A stretch of DNA of 64,000 nucleotides from Arenicellales bacterium (GCA_965202615.1 OZ241837.1:1288347-1352346), one strand, 5' to 3'; counted from the stretch's first letter, positions 1-9,781 are shown. Notes: generated by a model not told the origin, from the sequence alone. Made by a program: numbers and translations.

Positions 1-98
1 AGAATCTGTCGAGATTGGGAAAGGGTGGCTTCACTCGCTCCAGCTCTCAAGATTCTGCTATTCCTGCAGAACCTCGTTGATCAAATTGAGATTCGAAC

Positions 99-551
99 AT
101 GTTCCTTGATCCGCTTGCTCAATTACGAGATGTAATATTGCCGCCAGACCCGGTGTTTTGGCCGCCAGCGTTCGGCTGGTGGCTGCTGCTGATCGGTTCA
201 ATTGCCGCACTGGTTGGAGCGGTTTATTTGGTTCGGCTGGTGTACTGGCGATTGCATCGAAAGTCGCTGGTCAAGGAAATTGACGCGTTGGCTTGCTTGC
301 AGCCGCAACAGGCGGTTGTTGAGTTGTCTGTTCTGATGCGTAGAATTGCCATCACAAAATTTTCTCGCAATACAGTTGCCGGATTGAGTGGTGACGCATG
401 GCTTGAATTTCTGGACGAAAGTGGCGGAACCGATCAGTTCACGCGCGGTCCGGGTCAATTGCTGGCAAGCGCACCGTATTCTGACAAAGCCCCGGGTCAG
501 TTGACCCCGTTATTCGAAGTTTGTCGGAATTGGGTCAAGATAGTCTCCTGA
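99..551 (+). CDS. DUF4381-like membrane protein of a MoxR/Bat-type operon
   Basis: 150 aa ORF. N-terminal 'PPDPVFWPPAFGWWLLL' followed by one TM helix is the pattern I associate with DUF4381 proteins that precede batA. Only a 13-nt gap to the next gene. Confidence 0.65.
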   Translation: MFLDPLAQLRDVILPPDPVFWPPAFGWWLLLIGSIAALVGAVYLVRLVYWRLHRKSLVKEIDALACLQPQQAVVELSVLMRRIAITKFSRNTVAGLSGDAWLEFLDESGGTDQFTRGPGQLLASAPYSDKAPGQLTPLFEVCRNWVKIVS

Positions 552-564
552 TCAGGGTGGTTCG

Positions 565-1554
565 ATGCTGAAGTTTGAGTGGTTGTGGGTGTTACTGGTT
601 TTGCCACTACCGATCATGGTGCATAAACTTTTGCCAAAGCGCGAGTCCAGGCCACCGTCGCTCAAAGTTCCTTTCTATCGCGAAGTCAGCGATCGAAGAT
701 TTACGGTCACTGCACCATCGAGCGCGATCTTGAGTCTTGCCGCAGTGATTTGGGTGGTGCTGGTTTGTGCGGCGGCGCGACCTGTTTGGATAGAGGAAAG
801 TGTGCAGATTCCAACGACAGGTCGAGACCTGTTGATTGCACTTGATATCTCCGGCAGTATGCAGCAGCAGGATTTTGCGGCGGAAAATTATTCCCGATTC
901 GATGCGGTGCAAGCAATCGCGGGTGAATTTGTTACCAGACGAACGGGCGATCGGGTGGGATTGATACTTTTTGGCAGTCAGCCGTATCTGTATGCACCCT
1001 TAACGTTCGATCTCGATACGGTAAGAGATTTTTTGGATCACGCGAGGGTCGGATTTGCCGGTCAACAGACCGCTATCGGTGACACGATTGGTTTGGCAGT
1101 CAAAGTCCTGCGAGAAAGATCAGCGGAAAACAGAATTTTGATTCTGCTGACTGATGGCGACAATTCCGCCGGTGCCATTGATCCGTTGGAAGGCATGCAA
1201 CTGGCGGTCGAACACGGTGTGAGGATTTTTGTCATCGGGATTGGAGTCAACCATAGTTCTCCCGAAGCTGCAAACCGTCGGGCAAGCTATGTACTCCCGC
1301 AGATCGCACAAGCCACCGGTGGTATTTATTTCCACGCCGCTGACGCAAAGACACTTGAGGAAATTTACCATGCGATTGATCAATTTGAACCAATAGAGGC
1401 AGAATCCAGGTCGCGACAATTGGTTACCGAACTCTATCCGTGGCCGCTCGCGTTTGCGATGCTGCTGACAATAATCCTGTTTTCGCAGTACGCATTCAAC
1501 GGACTGGGTTTCAGGCGGTTCAGCACAGGAAAAGGAGATGCCGATGCCGTTTGA
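565..1554 (+). CDS. VWA domain membrane protein, BatA-like
   Basis: 329 aa. N-terminal TM helices, von Willebrand A MIDAS 'DISGSM', 'LLTDGDNSAG', C-terminal TM helix. Operon position matches BatA. Confidence 0.85.
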   Translation: MLKFEWLWVLLVLPLPIMVHKLLPKRESRPPSLKVPFYREVSDRRFTVTAPSSAILSLAAVIWVVLVCAAARPVWIEESVQIPTTGRDLLIALDISGSMQQQDFAAENYSRFDAVQAIAGEFVTRRTGDRVGLILFGSQPYLYAPLTFDLDTVRDFLDHARVGFAGQQTAIGDTIGLAVKVLRERSAENRILILLTDGDNSAGAIDPLEGMQLAVEHGVRIFVIGIGVNHSSPEAANRRASYVLPQIAQATGGIYFHAADAKTLEEIYHAIDQFEPIEAESRSRQLVTELYPWPLAFAMLLTIILFSQYAFNGLGFRRFSTGKGDADAV

Positions 1555-3217
1555 GTTTGTATTCTTGAGACCCTGGTGGCTGGTGCTGATTCCGGTGGGA
1601 ATTTTGTTGACAATCCTGGTCACGCGAAGACATCGAAACAGTTGGAAACGCGTGTGTGACATTGATTTGTTTTCAAAGTTGACCTTGGTGGGCGATCGGG
1701 TTTCGGAAAGGTTTGTGTGGTTGTCGATCATGACCGGTTGGGTGCTCGCGGTATTGGCTCTTGCAGGACCGGCGTGGGAGCGGGACAAGGCTCCGCTTTA
1801 CCAGAGTGTCGACGCAATGGTTGTGGTGTTCGATCTTTCTCGGTCAATGGCGTCGACCGATCTCCTTCCTTCCCGACTGGAACGTGCGCGATTTAAAGCA
1901 ATTGAGGTGGTTGAGGCGCAGGAGGACAAATCTGTAGGATTAGTCGTGTTTGCAGGCGACGCATTCGATGTCACTCCGATTTCAGATGACATCGGGACAG
2001 TGACTCACTTGCTGAAATCTCTGCAAATCGGGATGATGCCGGCACAGGGGAGTTTGGCAAGCAAAGGACTGCAACGCGCGGAACAGTTGCTTGACAATTC
2101 GGGTTACAGCAGCGGAACGATTCTTCTCCTGACCGACGGTGTTGATGAGGACGCATTTTCTGCGGCGAAAAGTTTAAGGCAAAAAGGTTACCGACTGTCT
2201 GTCATAGCAGTGGGTACGAAGACCGGGTCACCGATCAGACTGGATAACGGAGATTTCCTGAAAGATCCGTATGGAGACTTTGTCGTGTCTCCGGTCGATC
2301 TCATGGAGCTGACGGACCTCACCAATGTCGGCGGAGGGTTCCTTACCCTGGTCACTGAACCATTTTCGGAATCCATGCTGCAGTCGATTCACTATGGCGG
2401 AGATCGATCCAGAGCAGGTGGTGAGGACGTATCGGTCGTTAGCTGGGTTGACAGGGGGCCATTGTTGCTGTTGCTGCTGCTCCCGCTGGCTTCTTTAATT
2501 TTCAGGCGCGGCTGGTTGGTGTCGGTGCTCTTGTTTCTGTCACTCGGCACTCAACCGACACATGCATTTGAATGGGGCGATCTGTGGCAGCGCTCTGACC
2601 AGCGTGCCGCCAACGCAGTCAAACAGGGCGACTTCGCCAATCCTCAAATTATGGAACACTCTAGCTGGAATGGAATTGCACTCTATCGACAGGATAGATT
2701 CTACAACGCTGCGGCCGAATTTAGCAAAGGCGAAGACAAAGTCTCGAAGTTCAATCATGGCAATGCACTGGCGAGAGGTGGGGAATTACAAGGTGCGGTT
2801 GAACAATATGAAGCAGCGTTGGCAATTGATCCCGAGTTTGAGGATGCAATGTTTAATCTGGCATTGGTCAAAAAAGTCATGCAAGAACAGCAACAGCAGA
2901 GACAGCAGTCATCAGTTCCAGAGAAGCAGGACAGCGGTGCCGATGACTCAGCACAAAATGCCGATGAGCCCGAACGCATACCGCCGGCTGGAGAACGCGC
3001 GGAAGGCGAGAAACAGGAAATGAGCGATAAGCCGAGAGAACGAATGGAACATCAGCATCTTGCAGATGCTGAACAAAGTTTGAACGATGAACGATTGCAA
3101 CTCATGGAACAGTGGTTGCGGGTGATACCGGACGACCCGGCAGGTCTTCTACGCAGGCGATTTCACTATGAGTACCAGCAAAGGGACCACTCTGTGAGGT
3201 CTGCAAATTCATGGTGA
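1538..3217 (+). CDS. VWA plus TPR membrane protein, BatB-like (BatB/BatC-type fusion)
   Basis: 559 aa. Overlaps the previous stop by 17 nt. MIDAS 'FDLSRSM', 'LLLTDGVDED', a poly-Leu TM, TPR-like 'AVEQYEAALAIDPEFEDAMFNLAL', Q/E-rich tail. Confidence 0.85.
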   Translation: MPMPFEFVFLRPWWLVLIPVGILLTILVTRRHRNSWKRVCDIDLFSKLTLVGDRVSERFVWLSIMTGWVLAVLALAGPAWERDKAPLYQSVDAMVVVFDLSRSMASTDLLPSRLERARFKAIEVVEAQEDKSVGLVVFAGDAFDVTPISDDIGTVTHLLKSLQIGMMPAQGSLASKGLQRAEQLLDNSGYSSGTILLLTDGVDEDAFSAAKSLRQKGYRLSVIAVGTKTGSPIRLDNGDFLKDPYGDFVVSPVDLMELTDLTNVGGGFLTLVTEPFSESMLQSIHYGGDRSRAGGEDVSVVSWVDRGPLLLLLLLPLASLIFRRGWLVSVLLFLSLGTQPTHAFEWGDLWQRSDQRAANAVKQGDFANPQIMEHSSWNGIALYRQDRFYNAAAEFSKGEDKVSKFNHGNALARGGELQGAVEQYEAALAIDPEFEDAMFNLALVKKVMQEQQQQRQQSSVPEKQDSGADDSAQNADEPERIPPAGERAEGEKQEMSDKPRERMEHQHLADAEQSLNDERLQLMEQWLRVIPDDPAGLLRRRFHYEYQQRDHSVRSANSW

Positions 3218-3227
3218 GGAATTTGAA

Positions 3228-4976
3228 ATGAAGACTCATCCGGTAAAACTCTTTTGCGCGATTGCGCTTATGGGAATGATGCTTCCGGGACCGTTTGCAT
3301 ACGGAGTCGAAATTTCCGCATCAGTTGACCGGAATTCAATTTACGTTGATGAAGTGGTCAACCTGGTAATCCGTGCAGAAGGCGAATTTGTGTCCCCGAT
3401 TGAACCGGATCTGAGCCCATTGGAATTTGACTTCAAAATTTTGGGGCAGTCGAGTCAGAGTCATTTCAGCATTCAGAACAATTTGCGAAATGTAATCCGA
3501 AGCTGGATTATCGAGATACAGCCAAAGCGGCTGGGTATCCTGGAAATACCTCCACTGAAGGTGGCGGGCGAGCAAACATTGCCAATTCAAATTGAGGTTG
3601 AGGAATTCAAAGGCAATGTTAAGGGTGAAGGGGCGGAAATATTCCTGGAGGTTTCAGTTTCCTCTGAGAAACCCTACGTTCAGTCACAGGTGAATTTTAC
3701 GACTCGCCTGTACTACTCGATTTCAATCGTCAATGGGGAGCTGTCGAACCCCGAATTTACCTCCGGGACCGTAGAAAAACTTGGGCCCGATAGACGATAT
3801 AGCACAAAGCGAGGCGGGGTAGATTACCGGGTTATTGAACGAAGCTATTCCATTTTTCCAGAGCAAAGCGGGTCATACAGTATTTCTCCGATCGAGTTTA
3901 TCTGTGTGATTAAACGTAGAGATCCGGCTACCCAAATGGATATTCATATGAGAGAGCGATACAGCTCGAATTCGGTATCGCTTGAAGTGCGGCCGATTCC
4001 AAGATCGTATACGGGCTCCACATGGCTGCCCGCAAGGGACCTGAAGTTGATTGATTCGTGGAAGGGACAGGCACCCAAATTTGAGCTCGGAAAACCAGAA
4101 TCCAGACAAATAACGATTGATGCGACAGGTTTGAAAGCAGTGCAGCTTCCAATGGTGAGTTTCCAGGAACTGGACACTGCGAGAATTTACAGCGGGAACA
4201 ACGCGGACCTGGAGACATCAAAAATTGACACTTGGATCGTTGCTCGTCGGGCCGATGAGTTCGCAATAATTCCGCAAAACGATCGAAACGTGGACGTGCC
4301 TGAATTTAGGCTAGTCTGGTGGGACGTTGTCGAAGACAGAGAGAAGACTGCAACCCTTCCAGCCATCTCAGTTCAGATTGGTCAGCCAGAGAGCCAACTG
4401 TCAGCAATCGACTCGAGTGGTGAAAGCCAGCCAGCAGAATCATTGCTTCCCGCGTTGGAGACAGGCGTATTGAGTGCAGATCGCCAATGGAAACTGATTA
4501 GTCTGGCGTTGCTGACAATTTGGTTGCTGACCCTGTGTGCGTGGCTCTACTCTCGCAATAAAAGAACAACACGATCGACTAATCTGGATTCCGCTGGTGA
4601 TCAGAAAATGGAATCCGAGCGCAAAGTGTTGCGGCGAATTCGGCAATCTTGTCAAAATTCCGATGCGGTTGAAACCAGCAGAAATTTCCTGGAATGGGCT
4701 GCAATTCGCTGGGCTGAGAATTCACCAAGGAACTTGATTGAGATTGGTCAGCGTTTGAACAACGATGAACTGGTTAAAGAGCTTGAAAATATTGACAGAA
4801 TCAATTATTCAAATGCAACTGAAACGTGGGATGGTCAAACGGCTTGGCGGCGGTTTGCAAAGGCTTTGGCAGCGTCCAAAAGGAGATCAAACAAAAAGAA
4901 ACGATTTTCTTGGTTCAAACCGCGAGAGGAGGCGCTAGAAGATTTATGGCTTGACCATGAACATCTGGCACCTTGA
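3228..4976 (+). CDS. BatD-like oxygen-tolerance family protein
   Basis: 582 aa. Signal peptide 'MKTHPVKLFCAIALMGMMLPGPFAYG', long periplasmic region, late TM helix 'WKLISLALLTIWLLTLCAWLY'. Follows BatA/BatB as in aerotolerance operons. Confidence 0.7.
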   Translation: MKTHPVKLFCAIALMGMMLPGPFAYGVEISASVDRNSIYVDEVVNLVIRAEGEFVSPIEPDLSPLEFDFKILGQSSQSHFSIQNNLRNVIRSWIIEIQPKRLGILEIPPLKVAGEQTLPIQIEVEEFKGNVKGEGAEIFLEVSVSSEKPYVQSQVNFTTRLYYSISIVNGELSNPEFTSGTVEKLGPDRRYSTKRGGVDYRVIERSYSIFPEQSGSYSISPIEFICVIKRRDPATQMDIHMRERYSSNSVSLEVRPIPRSYTGSTWLPARDLKLIDSWKGQAPKFELGKPESRQITIDATGLKAVQLPMVSFQELDTARIYSGNNADLETSKIDTWIVARRADEFAIIPQNDRNVDVPEFRLVWWDVVEDREKTATLPAISVQIGQPESQLSAIDSSGESQPAESLLPALETGVLSADRQWKLISLALLTIWLLTLCAWLYSRNKRTTRSTNLDSAGDQKMESERKVLRRIRQSCQNSDAVETSRNFLEWAAIRWAENSPRNLIEIGQRLNNDELVKELENIDRINYSNATETWDGQTAWRRFAKALAASKRRSNKKKRFSWFKPREEALEDLWLDHEHLAP

Positions 4977-5344
4977 TGTTCATTTTTTTGATTCGAGTTC
5001 AGTGAAAATTCTCAGTTATTCCATCGGAGTTGTTAACTTCAGTTTGTGAGCGGATCCTTTGTCCCGCATTGACCTTCAGTCCAGAAACCCTATCAACATC
5101 AGCAATCCAGTTATCTGTTTGCCCATCGCCTGATAAACCGAATTCGGCGTAGTTGAGCTGAATTGTTACCAGAAAATCATTAATCCGTGGCTCAAATGCG
5201 GATTGGAGTTCTTGCTCCACATCAATTTCTTCATTACGCAGTAAATGAGAAATAATCACATTAATACAGGAAAAAATATTTATTATGGTATAAAAATAAC
5301 AAATAACAACGAATAAATCTCTTAATAGTTGATCTTTTCTAAGA

Positions 5345-6679
5345 ATGTTAGTTGAATTCACTTTATCAAACTGGAAGTCTTTCCGTGACGAGGTTACGTT
5401 CTCGATGCTAGCTAGCCGCGAGCGACAACATGGAAACAGAATTTACAAGTCGAGTAGACATAAATTGAGAGTACTCCCCATTGCCGCGATTTTCGGTGGA
5501 AACGCCTCAGGCAAGACTAATTTTGTCAAAGCGTTAGAGTTTGCCAAACAGTTTGTGGTTCATGGTACTAGACCAAATCAATCCATTCCAGTTGAACCGT
5601 TTAGTTTGGATCCCGCATCAAGAGAACAGCCCATACAGATGGCATTTGAGCTCTTAATCGATGACAAGATCTATCAATTTGGTTTTTCCGTTACTCAGCA
5701 CGAAGTCATTGACGAAGAACTAATCATCAAATCTCCTGCAAGCGAATCGTCCCTGTATCACAGGCAAGGGCAACAGGTGTGCTTTGGCAGGACGCATAAG
5801 AAAGACAGGTTAATGGAATTTGTTTTTCAAAGCACTCGTCCCAACGAATTGTTTCTAACGAAACTGATTGAACTCAACGTTCATAAATTTCGCCATGTAT
5901 TTGACTGGTTTGACCGGAATCTTCAAGTGATGACTCCAGATTCACAATTCGGACCAATTGAAGAGCTAATGGATAAACATGTTCCAATTTTCAATTCAAT
6001 GAACACGATTCTGCCATTGCTCGATACGAATATCTCTCGACTTGACGGAAGCAATATTTCCTTCGACCAATTTCAACAGCTAGCAATAACTGATCATGAA
6101 AAAGATGAGCTTGATAGACTGCTGAGCGAAGGTCAGGCTATTCGGCTTTTATCAACAAAATCCGGTGATCGGTTTCTTGTGTTTCGACAAAACAATAAAC
6201 TTTTCGTAAAGAAACTTGTTACTTACCATCTTGCATCGGATGGATCAGAGGTAAAGTTTGACATTGCACATGAATCAAGCGGAACACAAAGAATGTTCGA
6301 CCTGGTTCCAGCATTTCTTGAGCTTTCTTCACGAACATCAGAGTGCTTGTTTGTAATTGATGAAATTGACCGCAGCCTGCATCCACAACTTATTGCAATG
6401 TTGGTCGAAGAATATCTGGACAATCAATCCAATACAACAAAATCGCAACTATTGTTCACTACTCACAATGTGCTGTTGATTGATCAATTGCTATTCAGAC
6501 GAGATGAGCTTTGGCTGACAGAGTTAGATAGCGCAGGTAGTACAGACCTGTTTTCCCTGAGTGAGTACAAGGACATACGCTACGACAAGGACATTCGCAA
6601 ATCTTATCTCGATGGAAGATTGGGAGGAACTCCTCACCTAATGTTCAGGGGCACATTCGGTTCTATCGTTGAAGGTTAG
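5345..6679 (+). CDS. ABC/SMC-like AAA family ATPase (AAA_15/AAA_21 type, AbiLi/AriA-like)
   Basis: 444 aa. 'MLVEFTLSNWKSFRD' N-terminus, Walker A 'GGNASGKT', 'ESSGTQRMF', Walker B 'LFVIDEIDRSLHP', 'LLFTTHN', C-terminal 'SYLDGRLGGTP'. AT-rich gene preceded by an AT-rich promoter-like tract. Confidence 0.85.
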   Translation: MLVEFTLSNWKSFRDEVTFSMLASRERQHGNRIYKSSRHKLRVLPIAAIFGGNASGKTNFVKALEFAKQFVVHGTRPNQSIPVEPFSLDPASREQPIQMAFELLIDDKIYQFGFSVTQHEVIDEELIIKSPASESSLYHRQGQQVCFGRTHKKDRLMEFVFQSTRPNELFLTKLIELNVHKFRHVFDWFDRNLQVMTPDSQFGPIEELMDKHVPIFNSMNTILPLLDTNISRLDGSNISFDQFQQLAITDHEKDELDRLLSEGQAIRLLSTKSGDRFLVFRQNNKLFVKKLVTYHLASDGSEVKFDIAHESSGTQRMFDLVPAFLELSSRTSECLFVIDEIDRSLHPQLIAMLVEEYLDNQSNTTKSQLLFTTHNVLLIDQLLFRRDELWLTELDSAGSTDLFSLSEYKDIRYDKDIRKSYLDGRLGGTPHLMFRGTFGSIVEG

Positions 6680-6705
6680 CTCATATCACACAGCCTAACA
6701 GGTAA

Positions 6706-7287
6706 ATGCCTCGAAGAAAGAAGCCCCGAAATACGCGAACTCGTCAATACAGGAAATTAATCGTAATTGCCACCGAGGGTTCGCTAACTGAGCGACAATA
6801 CCTCAATTTACAAAGAATTAAAGCAACCAAGACTAAAGTTGAATTGATAAAAAGTGACAAAAAGAGTTCACCTGATCATGTTTTGAAACGAATGAGGAAA
6901 CGTCTCAATGAGAAACCATTAAAGCAAAACGATGAAGCTTGGTTGGTCGTTGACAAAGATCAATGGTCGGATGATCAACTGAATAAACTGTGTGAGTGGG
7001 CTGACCAAGAAAGTAATCGAGGAATTGTCGTCAGCAATCCGAATTTTGAATATTGGCTGCTGTTGCATTTTGAAGATCGAACAATCGCCTCACTGAATGA
7101 TTGTAAGCATCGATTGAAGCGCCATCTGCCCAATTACAGCAAACAAATTCATAGTAGCCAAATATCGCAGAATCAAATTCTAGATGCAGTCGAGCGGGCG
7201 AAAAATCGAGACAATCCTCCATGTCGTTGCTGGCCGCTAAACTTTGGTTCAACGATGTACAAGTTGATGGAAAAGATAATGGAGTAG
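6706..7287 (+). CDS. RloB-like (TOPRIM-related) protein, AbiLii-like partner of the ATPase
   Basis: 193 aa, 26 nt downstream of the ATPase. 'LIVIATEGSLTERQY', 'WLVVDKDQW', 'VVSNPNFEYWLLLHF' match the RloB family pattern as I remember it. Confidence 0.8.
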   Translation: MPRRKKPRNTRTRQYRKLIVIATEGSLTERQYLNLQRIKATKTKVELIKSDKKSSPDHVLKRMRKRLNEKPLKQNDEAWLVVDKDQWSDDQLNKLCEWADQESNRGIVVSNPNFEYWLLLHFEDRTIASLNDCKHRLKRHLPNYSKQIHSSQISQNQILDAVERAKNRDNPPCRCWPLNFGSTMYKLMEKIME

Positions 7288-7324
7288 ACTGATGTGATTA
7301 CATCCTCAGTCGCCAAAGTGATGA

Positions 7325-7846
7325 CTATAACGTCGGCGCTGATGTATCGAGATTCTGTTTTGATCGAGCTTGAAAAATCTGAAACGCTGCCACGATAGCG
7401 AAACAAACAAAGGCAACCAGTGTCCACCCCGGGATGCTCAACCCCAAGAATGTCCATGAAACTTCCGCGCATTCTCCAGTTCCTCCAAACACAATTGCCA
7501 GTGCATCAAAGAATGGTTTGCGTGCGAAAATAATTTCAATTGCGGGAAAGCACTCTGGAATTTTGTCCGTCGGTGCGTTCTGTAACCACACATGCCTACC
7601 CGACGCTGCGGCACCTCCAGCGCACACAACCAATTGAACAATCGAATAGCTGATTTTTCCCCGCCGGCTAGGGTTATGTAAAAAGGCGGCTAGGCAGACA
7701 ACCCCAAGCAGAATGATGACGTATCTCTGAACCATACAGAGCGGACATGGGTCTAGATACATCACATACTCCATGTAGTAGGCTGTTGCAATCAGACCGC
7801 TGCACGCCAGAAATACGATGATATTCGTGGTTCGAAAGTTAATCAT
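7325..7846 (-). CDS. dsbB: disulfide bond formation protein B
   Basis: Four TM helices, 'DPCPLCMVQRY' CxxC motif and a second Cys pair. The track start at 7852 is TTG, so the ATG at 7846 is preferred. Confidence 0.85.
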   Translation of the reverse strand: MINFRTTNIIVFLACSGLIATAYYMEYVMYLDPCPLCMVQRYVIILLGVVCLAAFLHNPSRRGKISYSIVQLVVCAGGAAASGRHVWLQNAPTDKIPECFPAIEIIFARKPFFDALAIVFGGTGECAEVSWTFLGLSIPGWTLVAFVCFAIVAAFQIFQARSKQNLDTSAPTL

Positions 7847-7852
7847 GTTCAA

Positions 7853-9781
7853 TCAATCCGTTAATTTCCGAAATCCGCTTTGACATAGCAAATCCCAGGT
7901 TTCATCCAACTCGTCAAGTTTCGGTACAAACACCACATGAGCATCTCGTCCGCGAGTCAATAGTACCCGGTAGGCATTAGCACGCAACCTGTGCGGGTTG
8001 TGAACTATTTTGCTCTTTAGATATTTCCTTGACTTCTCAATCGACCAGTTTCCATTTTGAAGAGAAAAATCGGTTCCCCATGCCAGCAACACTGCATCAA
8101 GTTCGAGTCCCTGAGCCTCATATTCGGTAATACAAATTTCAAGATGTCTGCAGGAAAGACGAGTTGGATCATTCTCGTCATCGTTATACCAGGGACCTAT
8201 CTTTATATTTTTAGTTGCCAGATAACCATTGGGGACTCCGACCGATTCGAGGTCCTTGTCTCGACTAGATGCGATCAAACCAAATCTGGACTCTGGTGAT
8301 TTCTCGTATCTTTCTCTAAGGTAATCTTTAGCTTGGTCCAGATCACGTGTGATCCGAAGGTCGTGTCCTTGGTTCAGCAATTCACCAGCCAAGCAACTTA
8401 ATGAAACCGCGTCGGGCTGATTTGTGACCAGTCTAGACACGAATTCATGGAGATGAGACGCAAAATGTGATCGAATGTTCTCATCGAGACTGAGATCTGA
8501 GTCAACCTGGTAACTCAATTGCTCGAACGCGTTCGCGGTTTCAGTTGGACCATGGACTTCCCACTCGTCGCGGTGTTTACTGTTTGCAATCGCGTCTGCC
8601 CACAGCTTAAGACCGCCTTCTTCTCCTACATTTATTTCTTGTCCGTGCCCTACAAGGCCAACAACGACGGACCAGTCGGGAATTCGATCTGAAAACTCAA
8701 TGAAATGCTCGGGTTCACTTTTTGCTTCTGATGGGTCGATTTTGTGAACGTGGGCGACTTGGTTTTTGTCATGCGCTCGTTGCGCCTCGTCAAAAATTAT
8801 TACATGTTGGTCCGGGGCAAGTCCGCTGTTTTTCTCGTGGTGTTTAACGTAATCCTTGATAGGTCGGACAAAAGCACTTCCGGTACCATGTTCTGTTTTT
8901 AGCACGTACTGCAATACTTCAACTAAAGGACCATTGCCTGAAAGAAAAATCGACGATGGCCCATGATCGCTGCCAACGAGCTTATCAAGATCGGCTTCAT
9001 GCACGATACGAAGTCCCACCAGCGTTTTTCCCGCGCCGGGCACACCCATCAACAGCACCAGCTTTCTTTTCTTTGATTCATACGCATCTGCAACAATCTC
9101 TCTAACCGCTCGTACCGCTCTGTCGGTATTGGCGACCGAGCGCCACAACTGCGGTGGTCGTTTCTTGTTGAACAACTCGCGTGCGGCTCTGACCAAAGAC
9201 GGCAGGGGTTTGTAGGCCTCCACTTTCAGAAACTGGCGTGCATCAATCGGCTTCGACAATGCTCGGGTGCTCAGCCTTGCAACGAGTTCGTCTAACCGGT
9301 CTGGACTGCAGATCGTGACTCCGCGTTGCTCCGAAACCTGGTTCCGCGATTGTTCAGGCACCAGGATTGGCGTTACTTTTCGTTCGTGGCAGTCCCGGTG
9401 ATAGCAGCGAAGGTCACGTGCATAAGCATGTGCCTGGTCAATGTCAGCATCGTTTGAGTGAGTCTTCCCCTTCAATTCAATGATCACGACACTGTCGTGC
9501 AGCAACAGCACCGCATCGGCTCGACGCGACTCCATCGGGAGTTCGTACTCCAGCACTGCGGTAAATTGAGAAGAACCTATATCTAATTCGATGACTTCGC
9601 CGATTTCTCTTTGCAATGTTGGGACTGTTCGTTTCCAGGAATTAACTTCCGAATGAGAAGAATCGGGATAACAGTTTCGCAGTTGTTGCAGTATGATGGA
9701 TTTGGAGGTGCTTTCGAAATTCTCGAAAGTCGAATCCCAACCGCGATGAGCTTCGTCTATATTATGCGAACTGTGCGCCAA
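7853..9781 (-). CDS. DUF2075-type protein: N-terminal PD-(D/E)xK-like region plus P-loop NTPase/helicase-like core
   Basis: 642 aa. 'LEYELPMESRRADAVLLLHDSVVIIELKGK' (E...D...ExK), Walker A 'GVPGAGKT', Walker B 'VIIFDEAQRA', C-terminal 'AYRVLLTRGRD'. The stop lies 6 nt before the dsbB ATG. Confidence 0.8.
   Translation of the reverse strand: MAHSSHNIDEAHRGWDSTFENFESTSKSIILQQLRNCYPDSSHSEVNSWKRTVPTLQREIGEVIELDIGSSQFTAVLEYELPMESRRADAVLLLHDSVVIIELKGKTHSNDADIDQAHAYARDLRCYHRDCHERKVTPILVPEQSRNQVSEQRGVTICSPDRLDELVARLSTRALSKPIDARQFLKVEAYKPLPSLVRAARELFNKKRPPQLWRSVANTDRAVRAVREIVADAYESKKRKLVLLMGVPGAGKTLVGLRIVHEADLDKLVGSDHGPSSIFLSGNGPLVEVLQYVLKTEHGTGSAFVRPIKDYVKHHEKNSGLAPDQHVIIFDEAQRAHDKNQVAHVHKIDPSEAKSEPEHFIEFSDRIPDWSVVVGLVGHGQEINVGEEGGLKLWADAIANSKHRDEWEVHGPTETANAFEQLSYQVDSDLSLDENIRSHFASHLHEFVSRLVTNQPDAVSLSCLAGELLNQGHDLRITRDLDQAKDYLRERYEKSPESRFGLIASSRDKDLESVGVPNGYLATKNIKIGPWYNDDENDPTRLSCRHLEICITEYEAQGLELDAVLLAWGTDFSLQNGNWSIEKSRKYLKSKIVHNPHRLRANAYRVLLTRGRDAHVVFVPKLDELDETWDLLCQSGFRKLTD

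Noticed and set aside
1-98. The 3' end of an upstream gene (a DUF58-type protein is expected before DUF4381 in MoxR/Bat operons).
   Set aside because: Two or three frames remain open at the window edge and none shows a recognisable C-terminal motif. The frame and stop cannot be chosen.
4999-5361. A 120-aa minus-strand ORF between batD and the AAA ATPase, overlapping the ATPase start.
   Set aside because: The N-terminal third is translated from the AT-rich promoter-like tract and overlaps the ATPase start. The only Met is the first codon. The C-terminal ~70 aa (5002-5220) look mildly protein-like and could be a gene remnant, but I cannot support a call.
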